DNA from: a virus
Lineage: Duplodnaviria; Caudoviricetes
DNA length: 64,000 nucleotides
Reading direction: 5' to 3' (one strand)
Virus record (IMG/VR): IMGVR_UViG_3300011008_002687
Location: 1 to 64,000 of that record
Shown in pieces: positions 19,892 through 29,808 of the stretch; positions within the stretch are counted from its first letter, which is position 1, and each line of letters begins with the position of its first letter. The notes below the pieces were generated by a model. That model saw nothing but the letters and a program-made list of their open reading frames with translations, made no database searches and was not told the origin of the DNA. The translations under genes were made by a program, and so were the position numbers.

Positions 19892-20200
19892 CTACATTCC
19901 GATTTGAGTAAAAATAAAGCCAATAGCAATTCCAACCACCGCCGTAATCACATAGCCAACGACTTTGCGCCACATCTCGCCGTCTCTCCCTTCCAGTGTT
20001 TCGAGACGCTTACCCTGTTTTTCCTGCTCTTTGAGCATACTTTCCATGCTTGTAGCAAGTTTCTCCACCGACGTTGTCAGACTTCCGATCTGTCGCACCG
20101 TATCTTCCAGGTCGCTGATCCTGTGGTTTTGTCTGTCGTTTTCCTGGTCGATTCTCTTCCGGAACTCTTCATGCTCTGCCCTGGTTATTACATCTTCCAT
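19892..20200 (-). CDS. XhlA-like coiled-coil/TM lysis protein
   Basis: Coiled coil plus C-terminal TM. Confidence 0.65.
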   Translation of the reverse strand: MEDVITRAEHEEFRKRIDQENDRQNHRISDLEDTVRQIGSLTTSVEKLATSMESMLKEQEKQGKRLETLEGRDGEMWRKVVGYVITAVVGIAIGFIFTQIGM

Positions 20201-20224
20201 CTTCGCTTTTTCCTCCTTTCTGCC

Positions 20225-20401
20225 CTAATCGAGCTTTTTGATTTCTGCAGCTACATCCTTTATGTCAGCGTATGACTGCAGGCTGCATAATTCCTCGACC
20301 TCGATATGCTGCAGCAGCATGCGGAAAAGCTCGTCGATGATCTGTGACTCCTTCCGGATCACTTCGTTTTGCCTTTCAATGATTTCCACTATTCCGTCCA
20401 T
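20225..20401 (-). CDS. 58-aa hypothetical protein overlapping the RT stop
   Basis: MDGIVEIIERQNEVIRKESQIIDELF; fills the RT-lysis gap. Confidence 0.5.
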   Translation of the reverse strand: MDGIVEIIERQNEVIRKESQIIDELFRMLLQHIEVEELCSLQSYADIKDVAAEIKKLD

Positions 20402-21528
20402 AACCAGTCATTCCCCCATTCATAGATGTTTTCGCCATCTGTATCAATCCCTTCTCCATGTGTCAGTATCATTTCGTCATACAGTTTCTCTAATAATGCG
20501 TCTGAATCCGTATGTTTCAACATACCCACATAGCTCTGAAATGTCTGCGATGCCTTCTCTAAAGTGATAAGGTAATCATGATATGCCTCCCTTATTCCTT
20601 TCAGATTTCTTTTTATTTTCAAAGTCGTAGACTTTCGCAGCACTACCCTGTTGCTCCATATCCGATACCCTACAAACTCAATCCCCTGGGATATTGGCCG
20701 GATGCAGGTTTTATTGTTCAGCATCAGCTCTAACTCTGTTTCCAGGAATACAGCGATCCGGTCCTTCCATTCCCTTAACTGGATTTTGCTGTCGCTGAGA
20801 ATGATTATGTCGTCCATATACCTCACATAGAACTTGATGCCGAGTGTCCTCTTGCAGAACTGATCCAACGCATCCAGGTATATATTCGCAAACATCTGAC
20901 TGAGCAGGTTCCCTATCGGCATACCCACATCATACAGCCTCTCTTCAAGCGGTACCTCTCCCGGACCTTTGCCCGGTGGCAATCCAAAAGGCGTATGCTT
21001 GCAGTCTATAACGCCGAAAAGGACCTCCAACAATCTCTCGTCCTTGATTTTCTTCCGCAGGATTTTCTTCAAAACCCTGTGTGAAATCCGGTAAAAATAC
21101 TTGCTGATGTCAAGTTTCAGATAAAACCACTCGTTTTCCTTCCTTGACACATACTCAACCCACCCCTGCAGACATTGCATGGCACCCAACGCACCACGCC
21201 CCGGTATGCAGCCGTAGGAATCGTCAATGTACCCTTTTACCAAAATCGGATTGAGGACTCTGTATATAGCCCACTGGACGATACGATGCTCAAAGCCGAT
21301 TGACATTATCATCCTTTTCTTTGGCTCGTACACATAGAAGATATAGTACCGTTCTATCTCGTACTCGCCTGCCAGTATCTTTTCCCTTAACTCACGAAGT
21401 TGCGACCAGGTATCTTGCGAATACAACAGCACATCCTTGTTGTACCGCCGCCCACTGGCCGCATCCTCATAAGCCATGTAGAGGTTTTCCATTGAGAATA
21501 TGAGATCATAAACCTGTTTTATCTTCAT
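20389..21528 (-). CDS. DGR reverse transcriptase 1
   Basis: GMPIGNLLSQ (DGR GxxxSQ motif), YVRYMDD; adjacent TR/VR pair. Confidence 0.96.
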   Translation of the reverse strand: MKIKQVYDLIFSMENLYMAYEDAASGRRYNKDVLLYSQDTWSQLRELREKILAGEYEIERYYIFYVYEPKKRMIMSIGFEHRIVQWAIYRVLNPILVKGYIDDSYGCIPGRGALGAMQCLQGWVEYVSRKENEWFYLKLDISKYFYRISHRVLKKILRKKIKDERLLEVLFGVIDCKHTPFGLPPGKGPGEVPLEERLYDVGMPIGNLLSQMFANIYLDALDQFCKRTLGIKFYVRYMDDIIILSDSKIQLREWKDRIAVFLETELELMLNNKTCIRPISQGIEFVGYRIWSNRVVLRKSTTLKIKRNLKGIREAYHDYLITLEKASQTFQSYVGMLKHTDSDALLEKLYDEMILTHGEGIDTDGENIYEWGNDWLWTE

Positions 21529-21782
21529 ACACCAACCAACCTTACATTTTCTTGTATAGCGGCTTTCGCCTTTCGGCTACTTGCGGCTGCCAAAGTTGCC
21601 ATTTCGGGCCATGAGTCTCCCTTGTGGCTGAACCGCCCACTGTCCTATTTCACTCATTGCTCTCTTATAGACGGTTGTTTTTCTCCTGCAATACTGCCCG
21701 GAGTGGAAATGGACTCCTTTATCCCCTCTTGTACTGGAAAGCAGACCTTGATCTGCCAACAAATCTGACTAACGGAGGGTAG

Positions 21783-21897
21783 AGCGGAGCGGAAACCGAT
21801 GTTGTCGTTCGAGTTCGACCGGGCATTGTTGAGGTTCACGTTGAACACGCCCGCATTGGCGGCATTGTTCCAGTTGCCCCCGCAAATCGGCAAACGC
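21783..21897 (-). repeat. DGR1 template repeat (TR1)
   Basis: 115-bp match to 22447-22561; 20 of 21 mismatches at TR adenines. Confidence 0.96.
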
Positions 21898-21929
21898 AAT
21901 AGCCCATTCCCATTGAAAAATCACTGCGT

Positions 21930-22328
21930 TTATTTCTTGCCGTTATTTTTCTCTGATTCCATAACCTTTCCTATCCAGCTCCCAGTCATTTTGCCTATCT
22001 GATCGAGGTAATCACTCATGATCTCAAACTTCTTAAAGTCGAGGATTCCTTTCTTCTTGGCACGCTCCACATAAAACTTCGCATACTGGATTTGCTTGTC
22101 GAGTTCGTTCAGCTCCTTTAGTGTCGATTTCGCATAGAAACATTTCTGCGTATCCATTGCTCTCTCGGCCATCGTGTTAAAACACATTCTGATCTTCGTA
22201 GCAAGTCCTGCGTAGCCCTTTTCCGGTCTCGGAAATTTGTCGAGCTGCGGTTCCGCATAGTCCATAAGGTCTTTTAATTTCTGCAGTACCCGTCCGGTAT
22301 CTTCTCCGCCGGTTCTCTCTTCACTCAT
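21930..22328 (-). CDS. avd: DGR accessory variability determinant
   Basis: Basic helical 132 aa with FPRPEK and IGKMTGSW; lies between VR gene and TR. Confidence 0.88.
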   Translation of the reverse strand: MSEERTGGEDTGRVLQKLKDLMDYAEPQLDKFPRPEKGYAGLATKIRMCFNTMAERAMDTQKCFYAKSTLKELNELDKQIQYAKFYVERAKKKGILDFKKFEIMSDYLDQIGKMTGSWIGKVMESEKNNGKK

Positions 22329-22431
22329 GATGTACCTCCCACAAACTTACCCCGGATAACCGCTTATGCAGCTACCCAGGGCAAAAAGATATGGCTCACT
22401 AACGTTCGCCTAACAGGAAACAGAAACCAGT

Positions 22432-23472
22432 TTACAGTTCGCAAAAAGCGGAGCGGAAACCGAGGTCGTCGGCCGAGGACGACCGGGCAGTGCTGAGGGA
22501 CACGCCGAACACGCCCGCATCGGCGGCAGCGCGCCAGGAGCCCCCGCAACGCGGCAAACGCTCGCCTTCTACATTCCACCAATGGTAATCGCCGCCGTAA
22601 TCGCCGTTAGGTTCATCCGGATAAATAAGCAGTCCCTTCGCAATTTCCGGAACGCTGAGACCGGACTGTAAGCCCATAGCCGCATAACTTCCACTCGGAG
22701 AACCGGTTGCTTTAGTAAGAGAAGTAACCAACTTGAAAGTCGAATCATACTTCAAGGTTCCTGTGGTACCAGGTTCAACAAGGCTGCCGTCCGGCATAAT
22801 CGCCTTCCAAGCGGTAGAATCTGCTCCGTTGCTCACTTCCGGATCAAAGATATTGCTGTAAGGGATAATCTGAATCTCGCCGTTGACAATTCTCATGCCT
22901 GCGCACCACTCACATACATTGCCGTTCAGATCGAAAATACCGTCCGGCATCCAGTTATGGCTCCAAGTATTAGGTCCGGAACCGGTAAGCACTCTCGTTA
23001 CAATATTGCTACCATCTCTTGCTGCAGGTGTACCCTTCTCCAAAGTGTAGGTGTGATCCTGCCCGTAGTTATTGTTGCCTCTCGGCATAGTGCCGTTCTT
23101 TCTGCACCATAAAGCGATTGCGCTCCAAAGTGCATAAGGGGTAAGGCACCAACCTCTGCCCTTGTTTCTGCTGAAAGTAAGTGCCTGGTCGAAGTTCACA
23201 TTTACCCTCGGCTCTTTTCCTGCCAGGGAATATGCCCTGTTGTTGATTACGATATTCTGAAACTTAGACACGTAGAGGACATCCTTCTCAACACCGCCTA
23301 CCGAAAAGGCATGATGTTTGTTGGCGCTGCCTCCTGTGATTACATCCGAATACTTGAAACTGTTAAAAGGCACCATGATCGACGGCATTTCCTGGTCGTC
23401 AAAAAGGACCGTATTCTTGCCACCCGACAGGGCCTCTACCGCAAATTTGATCTCGTCAAAATTCTTTGCCAT
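22432..23472 (-). CDS. DGR1 target, CLec/FGE-sulfatase-fold receptor-binding protein
   Basis: GIFDLNGNVCEW; C-terminal VR GGSW...LGFRSAF. Confidence 0.92.
   Translation of the reverse strand: MAKNFDEIKFAVEALSGGKNTVLFDDQEMPSIMVPFNSFKYSDVITGGSANKHHAFSVGGVEKDVLYVSKFQNIVINNRAYSLAGKEPRVNVNFDQALTFSRNKGRGWCLTPYALWSAIALWCRKNGTMPRGNNNYGQDHTYTLEKGTPAARDGSNIVTRVLTGSGPNTWSHNWMPDGIFDLNGNVCEWCAGMRIVNGEIQIIPYSNIFDPEVSNGADSTAWKAIMPDGSLVEPGTTGTLKYDSTFKLVTSLTKATGSPSGSYAAMGLQSGLSVPEIAKGLLIYPDEPNGDYGGDYHWWNVEGERLPRCGGSWRAAADAGVFGVSLSTARSSSADDLGFRSAFCEL
22447..22561 (-). repeat. DGR1 variable repeat (VR1)
   Basis: Adenine-specific divergence from TR1; shared A-free 3' segment GGTTTCCGCTCCGCT. Confidence 0.96.
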
Positions 23473-23478
23473 TGCTCC

Positions 23479-24813
23479 TTATACCTCCTGTTCAAAAAGT
23501 GTAAGCTCAACATTATCCATGCTGAACGGTACCGCCTCGTGCTGAGTGATCTTCTCCTGCGAAGTCTCGTCCTCCGGATCATAGTCCGGGTTGTCGATCT
23601 CCGTATCGATGTACTGCCTTGCAGGAATAAAAATCTGCGCCACGTACAACTTTGCTCCGCTCGTGCCGAATGTCAGACCGCCCAAGTAGTCCATGCAGAC
23701 ATCGATCTTGACATCATCATCACGCTCTTTCTTCTGAAGATCAGCGGAAATCTCGCCGTCATTGAAAGAAATCTTCGTGCCTCTCGTGGAATACTCCACA
23801 AAGTTCTTGCCGTCCTCCGGCTTTTTGATTACCTTCATCGATAAATCCTCCTTGTCTCTGCCTGTTTAATTGCCTCTTCCTGCAGGCGGGCCGTAGTGTA
23901 CGCCGCCTCACGCATGGAAGGATCGTTTTTGTTCACTCCGTACTGCTCCATGATCTTCTCTGCGGTACGCTGCGATTCCTCGCTTTTGATGATTACATTT
24001 GCCATCAGTACATACCTCCTATCACATGACATCTAACCTTTACGGATGTTGCCGAACCGGAAAATTCCAGTTTGAAACCATTGAGCAGTTTTTCCGATAC
24101 CTCATACTCTCCAACCTCGCCATTCGTCTCCAATGTTTCCGGAATCACGTAATAGTCTTTCGTGTTCCTTAATGCCGGGAGCGTGACGGTAGCCTTCGAG
24201 TTGTTGAACGGATAGACCTGGGAGTTTGTCAGAGTGACATCAACCGTCAATCCCTTTACGCCCTCCAAGTCTCTGATCGTCTGCATAAGCATCCTGGTAT
24301 TCTCATTTCCAATCAGCATTGCCTCATAAGCCGCAAGGTCCATAGTGTTGAAATTGCTTGCGTTCTGAGGAGTACCCTGCTGTCTGATAGTGCCAGGTGC
24401 CGGCGTGAGCTGTTCCATGCCGTTGCCTAAATCCTCAACCGTAAAGCGTCCGGGATGTTCAACAACATGGTCCTGCCAATTTACTAACTCTCGCATTAGC
24501 TGTTATCCTCCTTTTCTGAAATTTCCAACTGCACTGTGTAGAAGAAACCTTCCACGACGGAACTCACATCTAATGATTCCGCTTTTCTTAGCCACAGGTC
24601 GCCGTTCGTGTCATACAACTGCACTTCCGTAATCGTGCCGGTTACTGTCGGCTCGATCATGAAATTCACTTCCACGATGCCGCCGCTTGTCACATTTACA
24701 GAATCGATGTTGACCTTGTAGTAGGTACTGCCGATTTTGTACCTTGCGTATGACAGCGTTCGTCTCGTGTACTGCTGATAACCTGTGATTGCTGCACTCG
24801 TTAATAAGCTCAT
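23479..24813 (-). other. Four small tail-fibre-region CDSs (23479-23838, 23835-24005, 24005-24496, 24496-24813)
   Basis: Coupled ORFs between baseplate and DGR target. Confidence 0.65.
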
Positions 24814-24827
24814 AAGAACCTCCTTTC

Positions 24828-25865
24828 TTATATCTCAAAAGCACTACCACAAAGCGGATATGTCACCTTGAAACTCTCGGTAGTCACTCCTGGCACAAGC
24901 GAATTGGCCGCACTTCCTGCTCCGGTTGATACTCCCGGAACCGTACCGGCTGCAACATACTCTGTCCTACTGCCTTGACCGGATGCCTCTGCAACAATGC
25001 CTCCGTTTGCCTTAACAAATCCGGTACTGGTCTTTGGAAACTGCCCCGCCTCTCCTTCGCCGGATAAGGCATATTTCACGCCCTGCCCTTTTCCGGAAGT
25101 CTGCAGCTCCACCAGGTCATTCGTGATTTTCAGCCCGGTACTCGTCTTAGGGTATTGTCCTGTTTCTCCGGAAACGCCCGACAAAGGCGGCTCCGATTTC
25201 GTGCCGCCTGCAGTAATGTCTAATTCAATTCCGCTTGTCAGTAATCTCCAACCGGTGCTTATCTTCGGGTACGTGCCGCATAGTCTGTGAATGACTCGGT
25301 AAGACTTCGGATCAACGCCTATCAGAAGTTTTACTGCCGTCGTGACTCTGAATGTGAATGTGGTATGTGACTGCTTTACCTTTCTGAGTTTCTGCAGCAC
25401 TTCGCCCATATTTACCGGATCACTCCCGACTTCGAGCGTTACCCGGAATACGTTCGGATGCTCCGGGACATACCCATCGTCGCCCAGGCTGTGGATGTCA
25501 TTGATATACACCGTACAGCCCGACAGATCGCTCAGCAGGACTTCCATTCTGTGCGGTGTCATAGGCGCACGATAGTCTCTTTTCTGATAAATCAGTTTCC
25601 GGCGTTCCTCGTATGACAGGTTTTCCCTTATCGGCAATCCCCACTTGATCTCGTGATACATAAGCCCCCATGTTGCCGTTTCCGGAAACATCTGATCCGG
25701 GAGCGTTTCGAGTATTTCCAAAACGCTGTCATGCTCCAGGCCCATGACCTGGTACAGCCACTTTCCGACATAGGAATTGTCATAGAATCCGTCCGACACA
25801 TAACTGAGCATTTTCAAGGCGCTCTCGCTTGTTGGGAAGTTCTCAATATCAAACCTTTCACTCAT
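24828..25865 (-). CDS. Baseplate wedge/tail protein (XkdU/DUF2313-like) with repeat extension
   Basis: PETATWGL...LSYEERR; follows baseplate J. Confidence 0.78.
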   Translation of the reverse strand: MSERFDIENFPTSESALKMLSYVSDGFYDNSYVGKWLYQVMGLEHDSVLEILETLPDQMFPETATWGLMYHEIKWGLPIRENLSYEERRKLIYQKRDYRAPMTPHRMEVLLSDLSGCTVYINDIHSLGDDGYVPEHPNVFRVTLEVGSDPVNMGEVLQKLRKVKQSHTTFTFRVTTAVKLLIGVDPKSYRVIHRLCGTYPKISTGWRLLTSGIELDITAGGTKSEPPLSGVSGETGQYPKTSTGLKITNDLVELQTSGKGQGVKYALSGEGEAGQFPKTSTGFVKANGGIVAEASGQGSRTEYVAAGTVPGVSTGAGSAANSLVPGVTTESFKVTYPLCGSAFEI

Positions 25866-25876
25866 TGATACACCCC

Positions 25877-26998
25877 CTAACTAAAAGTAAGAGTACCTGT
25901 CTCCGGGTACTCTTCTTGCTGCAGGGTTATGTTCGTCATTGCTCCGTCCATTAAGAATGTGGAGAAATCCTCGACACCTGCTATGTCGCTTATGATAGGA
26001 CGTACATCGTTGTACCGGAGTACACCTTCGTCCTTTGCCACCGAGTAAACCGCCTTGACCGCCTCGGCAAAATCCGCCTTGATCTGCTCAATGCTCGTCG
26101 TGTTATCATACACAAGCCCGGTTATCGTGAAGTTGATGCTGACCGTTGTTGCCGCTACGCATGAAAGCTGAGCGCAAGCAGTAGGAAGTAATCTTGCCGT
26201 CCTGTCGTTTGGCGATACGATGAAGTTATACACTGCATCTATCAAATCCTGGCTTGCGGGCTGTCCGTTCGCATCCACAAGTACGAGTTTGACCGTTCCC
26301 GGACCATCGGCCGCAGATACCACGATACAATCTCCTGCTCCTGCCTCTTTCGCCCACCGGACATAATCAGTATCATTTCCCAGGTATGTCATGCTGTTGT
26401 CGTACTCTGCCGCAATCCTGTCGTAGAAATCATCGTTGGATTCCCTCTCGGTTCCTCCGGATGTTGCGGCCTCATTTGTGATCGATGTCACCGCCTTATT
26501 CGGCTTTGCCATAATCACAATCGTATTCGCCGCCACATTGGAACCTGGACCTGCCTCTACTGCCTTTATGCCGATAGTGACGGTTCCATCATTTCCGATG
26601 TCCGCATTTTCCATAGTGGCAAACTCGATAGCCGGTCCGCTGTCCGTTGCAGGAGTGCAGAAAATCGTGCCACTCTCAATCAGTGTCCCCGCCGTTCCGG
26701 TTATCGTGACTGTTCCTGTCGCATACTCTGCCTCGTGCCTCGTCAAGTGTACCTGCGTTCCATGAAGGTCTAACCAGTCGTCCCACGCATACTGAGGAAA
26801 CGCTATCATCAAAGACCTAACCAAGTGATAATTGATGAACTCGTCTTTTTCCAAAGCTGCAGGCATCGTAAAATCATACGGAAAGCCGCCTGGCATATCG
26901 TCGATGTCGTCCGGGAGGTTATTCATCATTCGCTCATGGATTTCCTCTGCAGAATTATTGTTGATAAAATCCGGTGCTATAAAATCCGGTTGTGCCAT
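25877..26998 (-). CDS. Baseplate J-like protein (XkdT-like)
   Basis: ATGTVTITG...GGTERESND...GTVK. Confidence 0.9.
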   Translation of the reverse strand: MAQPDFIAPDFINNNSAEEIHERMMNNLPDDIDDMPGGFPYDFTMPAALEKDEFINYHLVRSLMIAFPQYAWDDWLDLHGTQVHLTRHEAEYATGTVTITGTAGTLIESGTIFCTPATDSGPAIEFATMENADIGNDGTVTIGIKAVEAGPGSNVAANTIVIMAKPNKAVTSITNEAATSGGTERESNDDFYDRIAAEYDNSMTYLGNDTDYVRWAKEAGAGDCIVVSAADGPGTVKLVLVDANGQPASQDLIDAVYNFIVSPNDRTARLLPTACAQLSCVAATTVSINFTITGLVYDNTTSIEQIKADFAEAVKAVYSVAKDEGVLRYNDVRPIISDIAGVEDFSTFLMDGAMTNITLQQEEYPETGTLTFS

Positions 26999-27010
26999 GA
27001 CCTCACCTCC

Positions 27011-27448
27011 TTAAAATGTGATTGTTATTTCTTCGTCCCAGTCAATCCCTTTAACCTTGAATTGACAGTGCATATTGTCGCCGTTCCATGAAAAAACAAA
27101 ATCCCGGACATATTCTGTCCTGGGATTTACCATGATTGCGTCTGTTACTGTTCTTTGGACCATGGACTCAACTGTTCTTTCGTCGTCGTCGGCCATAGCC
27201 CTTTCCATTTCGGTACCGATTGAATCCGGATAAGCAAGACAGCGGTACCTCTCTGTCTGTGCTATCTTGAAACACCATATCGCATAAGCCTCTTTTCCGT
27301 CGCACTCTACCACCCTGTTCGCTCCGTCTCTTACGAAATCGCCCTTTGCGGCATCCCATTTTGCACTTCGCTTATACTTGGTGTCGTACTCCGTACTCTC
27401 GTCTATGAACTCAGGTACTTCAACCACCGGAAAAAGAGCCTCTGCCAT
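27011..27448 (-). CDS. Baseplate wedge protein (XkdS/DUF2634-like)
   Basis: TERYR..AY...IGTE; synteny. Confidence 0.8.
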   Translation of the reverse strand: MAEALFPVVEVPEFIDESTEYDTKYKRSAKWDAAKGDFVRDGANRVVECDGKEAYAIWCFKIAQTERYRCLAYPDSIGTEMERAMADDDERTVESMVQRTVTDAIMVNPRTEYVRDFVFSWNGDNMHCQFKVKGIDWDEEITITF

Positions 27449-27466
27449 AATGCCTCACTCCTTCCT

Positions 27467-27832
27467 TTAGCTCACTATTACATCTATCACACAAGCCTCA
27501 TTCTGAACCCATGCCACAAGGACACGATCCCCTGGCTTTATCTGAGGTGGTTTCAGCGTGTGCGTGTGACCGCCCGTGTTATGGGTTTCTGTTTGGTTCT
27601 CGTGTCCCGGATGTCCTCCCTTGTCGGTTGTGTAGGTCAATCCTCCGACAAGCCTGCAGACGGAATACTCGCCTTTCGGTATCGGAACCGGGAAGGTATT
27701 TGTCAACAGACTGTAATTCGCCTGTATCTCCCCGAAGTCCAACACCAAAGGCGACTCTCCTTCTTTCTTCATTCTTTCGCTGAGGACTGACGCAAGTTTC
27801 TGTGTTCCAGGATGTCCTTCAAATCCTTCCAT
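27467..27832 (-). CDS. Baseplate spike (XkdR-like)
   Basis: HxH motifs, KPGDRVLV. Confidence 0.7.
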   Translation of the reverse strand: MEGFEGHPGTQKLASVLSERMKKEGESPLVLDFGEIQANYSLLTNTFPVPIPKGEYSVCRLVGGLTYTTDKGGHPGHENQTETHNTGGHTHTLKPPQIKPGDRVLVAWVQNEACVIDVIVS

Positions 27833-27843
27833 CTGCCGCCTCC

Positions 27844-29097
27844 TTAATCAAATGTTCCCTCGTCAACCCAACCATACACATTGCTGCCGCTGTCCGTATG
27901 AATAAGGTGCCAGGGATGTGCTTTGCCGTTGCCTTTGCAATTTGGATCAAGCGTGATTTTGGCTTTTCCTGCCCTTGCGCTATACCCTTTTGCTCCGGAA
28001 TAACTGCTGACATAATGGGTACCACCATGAAAATTCACGATGTCTCCCACCTTGTACTCTTTTTTCTGCTCCGTCTTATTCTCTGCTTTGACGGTTTCCG
28101 GTTTCGCAAGCTCCACATCCATTGTCATGCTGTACTGCTCCGCATTGTGCTGAATACTCTTGACATAGTAGTAATCTTTCGCCGTTCCGCAGATGATATA
28201 TACCAGGTCGCCTTTCCGGATAAAAGGAACGTCCGGACTCTGTACCGTCATTTCCCTTTGGATCGCTCCCTCATTGTCAAGTATCTCCTGTGCTGCAGAT
28301 TTCGCATCGTCCATTGACTCGTCTGATCCTCTCGTATAAATCCTCTGCCGGATTCCGTACTTCGTGAGACCATTCAGCGTCGCCTCAACGCTCCGCTGTC
28401 CGTCGTCGTCTGCCTTGCCGACAACCTTTACCCTCGTAACAAGGTCTGCCGTACTAACCGACTGCCCGATCATTTGGCTGTTGTCTGCCCGGAACACATA
28501 GATTTCTGTGTTGCTTCCTCTTGGAATAATGCTTGTTTTACCCTTTGATGCCCGGATGATACATTTCTCTTCGCCCTTCTTTCTCGCATCGTCAAGCAAT
28601 TCAAGAATGATGTCCGACAGGTACTTATTGTTGAACACCTGCTTTCCATGTGAGGCGTTCGGACCTTTGTACTCGCCCTGCGGTATCTCCCAATCGTCCA
28701 GTACACCGCTGATTGCCGCTTTGGTTCCGGTACCGGAAGGGTAATACCTGTTATCCTGGCTTTTCTGTAGCTTGTAAAGCTCGTCGTAGTTGGTGCATTT
28801 CAGCGTGTTGCCGCTGTTCTTCTCCACCGGATTCCATGTTTCCACATAGCCCCTGGCAACCTCTTCGTCTTTATCTCCTGCAGATGCAAAAATACCTATC
28901 AAACATCCCGGTTTGATGATGCTCGACAGGTACCCTTGCGATGTCTTGTCATTCTTCGATGTGAAGGACGAACGGACTGAGATTTCCTTCTCGTTTTCCT
29001 CCCACCCAAGATTAGTTATAAACTCCTTGATGTTATACTGCTTGCCGTCCTCTGCCATTACGACTACCCGGTAAGTGATCTTCGATAAATCTATCAT
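27844..29097 (-). CDS. Baseplate hub (XkdQ-like) with C-terminal extra domain
   Basis: Synteny; YGIRQ, IRKGD; C-terminal HPWHLIH..VYGWVD. Confidence 0.78.
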   Translation of the reverse strand: MIDLSKITYRVVVMAEDGKQYNIKEFITNLGWEENEKEISVRSSFTSKNDKTSQGYLSSIIKPGCLIGIFASAGDKDEEVARGYVETWNPVEKNSGNTLKCTNYDELYKLQKSQDNRYYPSGTGTKAAISGVLDDWEIPQGEYKGPNASHGKQVFNNKYLSDIILELLDDARKKGEEKCIIRASKGKTSIIPRGSNTEIYVFRADNSQMIGQSVSTADLVTRVKVVGKADDDGQRSVEATLNGLTKYGIRQRIYTRGSDESMDDAKSAAQEILDNEGAIQREMTVQSPDVPFIRKGDLVYIICGTAKDYYYVKSIQHNAEQYSMTMDVELAKPETVKAENKTEQKKEYKVGDIVNFHGGTHYVSSYSGAKGYSARAGKAKITLDPNCKGNGKAHPWHLIHTDSGSNVYGWVDEGTFD

Positions 29098-29109
29098 AGC
29101 CGCACCCCC

Positions 29110-29805
29110 TTATACGAGAGTTAGGACTTCGCCCGGCCATATCCAGTGACCATGATCCGAACTCGACTTCCCGTGTTTCTTTGCCTCAGCCTCTATCGTA
29201 GAGGAATTTGCATCATAAAGTTTCGTCCAGTTAGAACCGCCTCCGCAGTGCTTTGAGGCTATGCCCCACAGCGTATCTCCACTTTTGACGGTGTATGATC
29301 CCTTGCTGTTATTTGCCGGAGCTGCGCTCGAATCATTCCTCGGTTTCGTCTTTTTCACAAAGGACGCTATTTTCAGCTCATTCGTGGTGTAGATTTTCAG
29401 ATCCCGCTTGACCGTAAACTCGATGGAATACTGAATGTTTCCGTATGCTCCATAAGGAAATGCCTGGAATGAGGAAATCGTGACATCCGCATTTATCCAT
29501 GTTTCCGTCACAATCAGATTAAGCACCGTCTCCTTTTCCATGAAATCCGTAAGGATTTTCACGCACTCCGTCGGCTCCTGCCAGGAATTTTTCTTGACAA
29601 TCGGCTCGTTCCGTTTGCTCCTGCCAAAAAATACACCTTCCCATGAAAAGGTTGTGACATTCGTACCCTTTGGCACCTTTACGGTGCCTTTGGATATGAT
29701 GTCGAATGATTGATACTTTGCGGCATAACTGCCTTTTAATTTCTCCGGTAATGCGGGAAACGTAAATCTTGAACCGCTCCCAACCGGAACTAATTTGATA
29801 TTCAC
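29110..29805 (-). CDS. LysM tail-tube initiator (XkdP-like)
   Basis: YTVKSGDTLWGIA. Confidence 0.85.
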   Translation of the reverse strand: MNIKLVPVGSGSRFTFPALPEKLKGSYAAKYQSFDIISKGTVKVPKGTNVTTFSWEGVFFGRSKRNEPIVKKNSWQEPTECVKILTDFMEKETVLNLIVTETWINADVTISSFQAFPYGAYGNIQYSIEFTVKRDLKIYTTNELKIASFVKKTKPRNDSSAAPANNSKGSYTVKSGDTLWGIASKHCGGGSNWTKLYDANSSTIEAEAKKHGKSSSDHGHWIWPGEVLTLV

Positions 29806-29808
29806 GAT

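Noticed and set aside
20389-21528. RTs as group II intron or retron enzymes
   Set aside because: GxxxSQ motif and adenine-specific TR/VR pairs identify both as DGR RTs
21654-21899. 81-aa ORF over TR1 (and the 87-aa ORF over TR2, 55091-55354)
   Set aside because: Asn-rich reading frames of the templates; open because they mirror the VR frame
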